DNA from: Microcoleus sp. GA_180221_E-2-1-MAG-45_12
GTDB taxonomy: Bacteria; Cyanobacteriota; Cyanobacteriia; Cyanobacteriales; JAAUUE01
NCBI GenBank assembly: GCA_020692245.1
Contig: JAIMKT010000011.1
Coordinates: forward strand, 3,136-67,135
Direction: 5' to 3'
Length of the DNA: 64,000 nucleotides
The position numbers were made by a program, and so were the translations under genes. Numbering within the stretch: the first letter of the stretch is position 1; each line of letters opens with the position of its first letter. Shown piece by piece: positions 58,741-64,000 of this stretch. The notes beneath the pieces are model-generated. The model saw only the letters and a program-made list of their open reading frames with translations. It searched no databases and was not told the DNA's origin.

Positions 58741-59679
58741 CTAGGAGACGGATTTGGTGAGGAACTTGTCTGTCATGGCTTTTTTAATGAGATCAGGGAT
58801 TTGGTGAGGGTAGTCGGCGATCGAGATTTTGGCTTTCTTCAGGGCATTAATTTTGAGCTTGGCATTGCTGGTCGTTGTCACTGTGCTGGCAAACTGGCTG
58901 GCAATAACTGAACCAACTTCGGGGATGGGTTTTTCTCTGGGCAGGAGATGCCCCGCCACGTAGGCAACTAGAGGTTTACCCAGATTGAGGTATTTACCTA
59001 AAAGTTTACTGTCAAGGCAGAGATTGCTATGTCCACTATTGCCGTGGTCGAGGAGAGCGATCGCTTCCGTCTGGGGATCATCCTTGAGAAATTCTAAACA
59101 CCGATGAAAATCTGTCCCCAAAATTGTGTCACTCCCCAAATTAATACTCACTGACTGTCCCAAACCTGCCTTAGTTAGTCCCATGGCAACTTCTGCGGCT
59201 AGACTACTGCAACAACTGACGATCGCCACTCCCCCCGGACTAAAAAAGTGTGGTTCCTGAATGCCTAGCAATACCCCATCGGGAACCAAAATTCCTTTAC
59301 TGCCGGGCCCAAGCACCATCGTTCCTGTGGCTTTGGCTTTTCTCAGGAGACGGACAATATCCAAGGGCGGAATCCCGCCAGTGATTACAATTAACCTCCG
59401 AATACCCCCATCGATCGCTTCTAGGGCAGTATCTAAGACGGCATAGGCGGGATTAAAAATTAAAGTAGTTTCGATCTCTGGCATCATCTCTGTGGCTTGC
59501 TCCACTAAATCAAAGATCGGTATATCGCCTTGGGTTCCAGCCCAGGTACTACCCCCCAGCCCCACAATAACGATCGCCGCAATATTTGTCCCACAGGCTT
59601 GCATCTGGGGTAGGTATTTCCCCGTGAGGATTTCTGGGGTTCCTTGAATTAAAACTTTACCAGTAGATGTTAATTTCAT
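58741..59679 (-). CDS. succinyl-CoA synthetase alpha-subunit-like protein with degenerate catalytic motifs
   Basis: It is collinear with SucD, for example DPQTEAIALL vs DPQTEAIVMI and KPLVAYVAG vs KPVVGYIAG. However, the phosphohistidine loop RMGHAGAII reads PIPEVGSVI, and the SRSGTL and GIGGDP motifs are also changed. Confidence 0.7.
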   Translation of the reverse strand: MKLTSTGKVLIQGTPEILTGKYLPQMQACGTNIAAIVIVGLGGSTWAGTQGDIPIFDLVEQATEMMPEIETTLIFNPAYAVLDTALEAIDGGIRRLIVITGGIPPLDIVRLLRKAKATGTMVLGPGSKGILVPDGVLLGIQEPHFFSPGGVAIVSCCSSLAAEVAMGLTKAGLGQSVSINLGSDTILGTDFHRCLEFLKDDPQTEAIALLDHGNSGHSNLCLDSKLLGKYLNLGKPLVAYVAGHLLPREKPIPEVGSVIASQFASTVTTTSNAKLKINALKKAKISIADYPHQIPDLIKKAMTDKFLTKSVS

Positions 59680-59696
59680 TAGCTGCTGTCTGCTCC

Positions 59697-60917
59697 CTAT
59701 TTTTTCCCTTTGGTAAAACTAATCGTTGCAGCGATCGCCTCTGCCAAATCTTCCACCCACACCGCTGGGAAATTAATCTCTTCTTCCGAAAGAGTAACTG
59801 CCTCTGGACTCACCAAACGCAGCACAAACTGGGGAAACCGGGGTGCAGGAGTAGGTTTTGCCCGGATGCGATCGCGCACAGTCCTCGAAGCGGTAGGTCT
59901 TTCAGTCCGATCAACAGCACTGATCACCGTGGTGACATCCCGCCGGAGTTGTAGATACTTAATTATCACTTGCTGGATAGTCTCAACGACACTTCCTGTA
60001 CTAACAATATTCACTAACACTACATCAAGATTTTGGAGTTGGGTGACTTGATCCAAATCTAGGGGCAGATGCTCGGCAATGGCTTGGGGATCATCATCCA
60101 CGATCGTCAGATAGCTAGAGGGTTTCGCTTTTCCTTGGTAGAGCAGATCTAAGGTTGCCAACCCCAGCCCCTCGTCATTACTAATCACTGCCACATTCCC
60201 TTCGAGATTTAGAATCTGCCAGCGTTCCAGTCCCAGCCGCCAATCACTGATCTGCAAATTCATGGCTGCTAGCTCCGTTAAATCTGGATGCCGGGCGATC
60301 GCCTGATTATTCACCGTAATTTTGCCATCTAACGCCATCAATTCCCCAGAGGAACTCACCGCTAGGGGATTAATTTCCAAAAGTTCTAAATCCTTGGCAA
60401 TAAATAACCGATACATTTTTTCGATCAACTGACTAACCGGGGCGATCAATTCCCCTGACAACCCCATTTTGATGGCTAACCTCCGGGCATAGAAGAGGGA
60501 AAACTGCTGGTCAATGACTACCTGTTGCATCTGCTCCACAACCTTTTCAATATTGATCCCCCCCTGAGCTGATCCCAGCAATACTGGTAAGCCAAGTTGA
60601 TAATCCAATACCACCGCCACATAGATTTCCTGTTCAGTGTCGTACTGGACTTCGGCAAGCAATACTTGGGGAAATTCTCCCATAATGGCTAGATTAAAAA
60701 TGCTACTAGCGGCAGCGATCGCATCGATGGTATTCGCGACAAATTTAATCCCCCCGGCTTTACCTCTGCCTCCCGATCGGACTTGGGACTTTAGCACCAC
60801 AGGATAGGGAATACACAAATGCTTGAGATCCGAGGGGCGATCGATCCGTTGGGAAGGCAAAGTCGGAATACCCCGTTCTCTAAATAATTCCTTGGCTTGG
60901 TATTCTAATAAATCCAT
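59697..60917 (-). CDS. succinyl-CoA synthetase beta-subunit-like ATP-grasp protein
   Basis: MDLLEYQAKELFRERGIP...KSQVRSGGRGKAGGIKFV is the canonical SucC N-terminus. The C-terminal ligase-CoA half is diverged (NDEGLGLATLD; LTIVDDD instead of LDVGGGA). Confidence 0.75.
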   Translation of the reverse strand: MDLLEYQAKELFRERGIPTLPSQRIDRPSDLKHLCIPYPVVLKSQVRSGGRGKAGGIKFVANTIDAIAAASSIFNLAIMGEFPQVLLAEVQYDTEQEIYVAVVLDYQLGLPVLLGSAQGGINIEKVVEQMQQVVIDQQFSLFYARRLAIKMGLSGELIAPVSQLIEKMYRLFIAKDLELLEINPLAVSSSGELMALDGKITVNNQAIARHPDLTELAAMNLQISDWRLGLERWQILNLEGNVAVISNDEGLGLATLDLLYQGKAKPSSYLTIVDDDPQAIAEHLPLDLDQVTQLQNLDVVLVNIVSTGSVVETIQQVIIKYLQLRRDVTTVISAVDRTERPTASRTVRDRIRAKPTPAPRFPQFVLRLVSPEAVTLSEEEINFPAVWVEDLAEAIAATISFTKGKK

Positions 60918-60934
60918 AAATATAAAGGTTGATT

Positions 60935-61819
60935 TTAGGGTTTGATCTTGTCAATACCATAGGCTCCCTGCCAAATCTTATCAACAATTCGGGTCGGCAG
61001 GAGTTTTGTCATCAAAAAGATCATGATGCTGCCTCCGGTGGCTCCTAGGTAACGGGGTTTGGGTTTGGGGACGCTGAGGGCTTTGGTAATGATCGGGGCG
61101 AGGCGATCGACACTCCAACCAATCCGATCGACTCCCGCTTCCATATCTGCAACTTTGCTAAAAGCTGCCTCGTAGGGAGAACCCTGCACCAAGGAATTAA
61201 GTTTATCTACGGTTTCTTGGGCTACCTTAAAAAATTCAGTCTTAATCGGGCCTGGTTCAATTAATACCACCTGAATATTAAAGGGCTGCAACTCCATCCG
61301 TAGGGCATCACTCATAGCTTCGAGGGCAAACTTGGAAGCGCTATAAATCCCCATCAAGGGAAAAGAGACCCGCCCAGCGATCGAACTAACATTAATAATT
61401 CTGCCATAACCTTGGTGCCGCATGGAGGGGATCAAGGCTTGAGCAAGGATCAGGGGAGCATGGACATTGACCGCAAACTGATATTGAGCATCCGCCTCAC
61501 TAATTAATTCCATCGGCCCCATCTGCCCATAACCCGCATTGTTCACCAGTGCATCAACTCGCCCAAAGTGCTGGAGAGCTTTTGCTGCCAAGCTTTTTAC
61601 CTGCTCCCCTACCGCCACATCTGTGGGGATTGTCAATACTTCTGCCCCTTGTTGTTGGCACTGGCTGGCAATTTTGGCTAATTTGTCCTCGCTCCGAGCC
61701 GCCAGTACGAGTTTAATGCCGGGAAATTTGTGAGATAAATCGAGGGCGATCGCTGCCCCAATCCCCGCAGAAGCCCCCGTAATTAGCACCACCTGATTAG
61801 ATAAAGCTGGAATTGCCAT
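60935..61819 (-). CDS. short-chain dehydrogenase/reductase (SDR)
   Basis: It has the TGASAGIG cofactor motif, NNAG and the YSASK catalytic motif. Confidence 0.9.
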   Translation of the reverse strand: MAIPALSNQVVLITGASAGIGAAIALDLSHKFPGIKLVLAARSEDKLAKIASQCQQQGAEVLTIPTDVAVGEQVKSLAAKALQHFGRVDALVNNAGYGQMGPMELISEADAQYQFAVNVHAPLILAQALIPSMRHQGYGRIINVSSIAGRVSFPLMGIYSASKFALEAMSDALRMELQPFNIQVVLIEPGPIKTEFFKVAQETVDKLNSLVQGSPYEAAFSKVADMEAGVDRIGWSVDRLAPIITKALSVPKPKPRYLGATGGSIMIFLMTKLLPTRIVDKIWQGAYGIDKIKP

Positions 61820-61975
61820 AGATGAAAAGATTAGAAATTAAGGTCAGAAAATTAGTTATGAATTTGCGCCAATCCTATGAAAAATCAACAACTATGGTAC
61901 TCGCCAGAGGACTGGTTTTTCCATAGTTGAGGTCTTGCTAGAAGATTTTAATGTTAGCAGAGAGAGAGATTTTAA

Positions 61976-63052
61976 TCATCTACTTTGTCCAGCCCCCTGA
62001 GCTAGACGATCGCGGACGGCGACCCCGGTATCTGGAAAATCACTAAATACGCCATCTACTCCTAATCTAAAAAACTGCTCGTACTCCGCTTCGGGATTAT
62101 TGCTGTAATCTGGGGCGAGGTAGCGGCTTTCATTACGGAAGGTGTAGGGGTGGAGGAGCAGACCAGCTTGGTGGGCATCCCGGACTAGGGAAGTGGGGGG
62201 CAGAAGTTTGCCGTTGGGGTCAACGGGAATGATTAACCGTTTGTAGGGTCCAATACCCTTGGCGTACTCAGCAATTTTGGCTAATTCTGCCGGGGTAGTC
62301 AGGTCTCCGTAGGTGCGTCGATCGCCACTGACCACAAAATCGTAGGGCTGGATCTCACTTTCATCAAATAACTGGACTAGGGGTAAATCAGTTTTGGTGC
62401 GGAGATATTTGAGGTTAGCGGTTTCAAAGGATTGAATAAACACAGGAGCATTAGCCCCAGAGTAGCCATTATCGCTTAAAACCTTAAGTAATCTATCTTC
62501 TAGGGGTAGCCCGATCGATTGAAAGTAAGTCGGATGTTTGGTTTCTGGATAAATGCCAATAGTCCGCCCAGTTTCTCTACTTTTTTGCTTCGCTAGATCA
62601 ATAACTTCTTGCAAGGTCGGGACTAGATACAAACCATTGCGGGATTGATCACGAAATTCTAAGCGCTCCTTGGCTCGGAGAGTTTTGATTTCAGCAAGGG
62701 TAAAATCTTCGGTAAACCAACCTGTTACTGGAGAGCCATCAATCATTTTTGTGGCTTTGCGAGCTGCAAATTCTGGACGTGTGGCGACATCAGTAGTCCC
62801 AGAAATTTCATTTTCATGGCGGGCAATTAAAATTCCATCTTTGGTCGGTACTAAATCTGGCTCAATAAAATCTGCACCCTGGGCGATCGCTAAGGTGTAT
62901 GCTTCCAAGGTATGTTCGGGACGATAGCCACTGGCTCCCCGATGCCCAATCACGATCGGCCGCGCTCCTGTAGAAGTAGCAATAATGCTTTCCATGGGCA
63001 TAACTACGATCATAGCCGTTGCTAATAATGCTAATTTGCAAAAACGAAACAT
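61976..63052 (-). CDS. glpQ: secreted glycerophosphodiester phosphodiesterase
   Basis: It has a signal peptide, [18 protein letters not shown] and IEPDLV, which are the GDPD-domain signatures. Confidence 0.85.
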   Translation of the reverse strand: MFRFCKLALLATAMIVVMPMESIIATSTGARPIVIGHRGASGYRPEHTLEAYTLAIAQGADFIEPDLVPTKDGILIARHENEISGTTDVATRPEFAARKATKMIDGSPVTGWFTEDFTLAEIKTLRAKERLEFRDQSRNGLYLVPTLQEVIDLAKQKSRETGRTIGIYPETKHPTYFQSIGLPLEDRLLKVLSDNGYSGANAPVFIQSFETANLKYLRTKTDLPLVQLFDESEIQPYDFVVSGDRRTYGDLTTPAELAKIAEYAKGIGPYKRLIIPVDPNGKLLPPTSLVRDAHQAGLLLHPYTFRNESRYLAPDYSNNPEAEYEQFFRLGVDGVFSDFPDTGVAVRDRLAQGAGQSR

Positions 63053-63330
63053 AGTAGACTCCTAGTATCTAGAGATTTGGTTCGCCTATAGACAAGGGCA
63101 AACTAACTTAGATAAACGTAGGAGATCGAAATTAAGGTTAAGGGTTGATTTTGGTTAACTAATCTTTAAGTTTGATTTTTTGAAATCTAAATTCAGCATC
63201 TTGGCCATCAAGAAAAGGGAATCGAGGTGGCGCGATCGTAGGGCTTGATAAACATCTCACACAATTATTTACTATCTTTGGATTACCTATTTATGAGCTA
63301 GACAAGGTAAAAACTGTGCAACTTAAACTA

Positions 63331-63357
63331 AAAGAGGACGCAAAATACTGCGCCCCC
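63331..63357 (-). terminator. rho-independent terminator after glnB
   Basis: On the minus strand, GGGCGCA-GUAUUU-UGCGUCC forms a 7-bp stem with one G-U pair. It is followed by UCUUUU, about 75 nt after the glnB stop. Confidence 0.55.
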
Positions 63358-63431
63358 GCTTTTGTCTATCTTCAATGTCTATTTTTTCTGGGTAGCCCTA
63401 ATTTAGGAAAAATAACTACAGAGACATGGTT

Positions 63432-63782
<351 letters not shown>

Positions 63783-63813
63783 TCAATTGTGCATCTAAAC
63801 ATCTTACTAGGAG

Positions 63814-63847
63814 ATTGACACTCCCAAGGCTAAAGCCGTTAGGATCC
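63814..63847 (-). promoter_or_regulatory. conserved leader motif, copy C
   Basis: The minus strand reads GGATCCTAACGGCTTTAGCCTTGGGAGTGTCAAT. The core ends 43 nt upstream of the glnB ATG. Confidence 0.4.
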
Positions 63848-63934
63848 CTCGATCGCTCAGATAATGGAACTTCAAGAGTGTGGTCAAAATACTCCCATCT
63901 ACTCAAACTATTTTTCTTAGGATCTTGCCTCCAC

Positions 63935-63975
63935 ATTTTATCAGATTTGTCTCCTGTGCTTGTTGGCTTGGATAC
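63935..63975 (-). promoter_or_regulatory. candidate NtcA-type promoter of glnB
   Basis: On the minus strand, GTATCCAAGCCAAC (63975-63962) is GTA-N8-AAC, with one half-site imperfect compared with GTA-N8-TAC. TAAAAT (63940-63935) lies 21 nt downstream. Confidence 0.3.
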
Positions 63976-64000
63976 CAGCAAATTGCAGAAAGTTGCTAAG

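Overview
This is a chromosomal segment of a cyanobacterium. It is full of GCGATCGC/CGATCG HIP1-type palindromes and carries desA, a Psb32-like gene, glnB with the RYRGS T-loop, GH57, hemE, rpe, ureAB and metH. All family calls come from motifs I read in the supplied translations or my own translations; no database search was possible. The left edge holds most of dnaN, which is missing from the ORF track because it runs off the window. Next to it is a 13-box DnaA-box cluster plus an AT-rich tract, so the window very probably starts at oriC. About 55 further genes are mostly housekeeping. They include an SNF2 helicase, an amino-acid ABC importer, recQ, a GT2/pyruvyl-transferase polysaccharide cluster, two ABC exporters, mscL, glpQ and a two-component system. 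Accessory or unusual parts: (1) an AT-rich, CGATCG-free three-gene cassette ending in an HNH nuclease (2.9-4.4 kb), my best candidate for an undescribed system; (2) an AT-rich island after ureB with two tandem C5-cytosine methyltransferases, one M.HaeIII-like, facing a 220-aa PD-(D/E)XK-like ORF; (3) a vapBC cassette bracketed by duplicated host sequence; (4) an SDR/SucC-like/SucD-like operon in which the SucD-like protein has Glu where the catalytic phospho-histidine should be; (5) a DUF790 (Bax1-like) nuclease apparently co-transcribed with a diguanylate cyclase instead of an XPB helicase; (6) a 12-nt core motif plus hairpin found three times, each 43-48 nt upstream of a minus-strand start codon; (7) a ~270-nt non-coding structured stretch; (8) several small dispersed repeat families and many in-frame tandem repeats. 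I found no rRNA, tRNA or CRISPR array.
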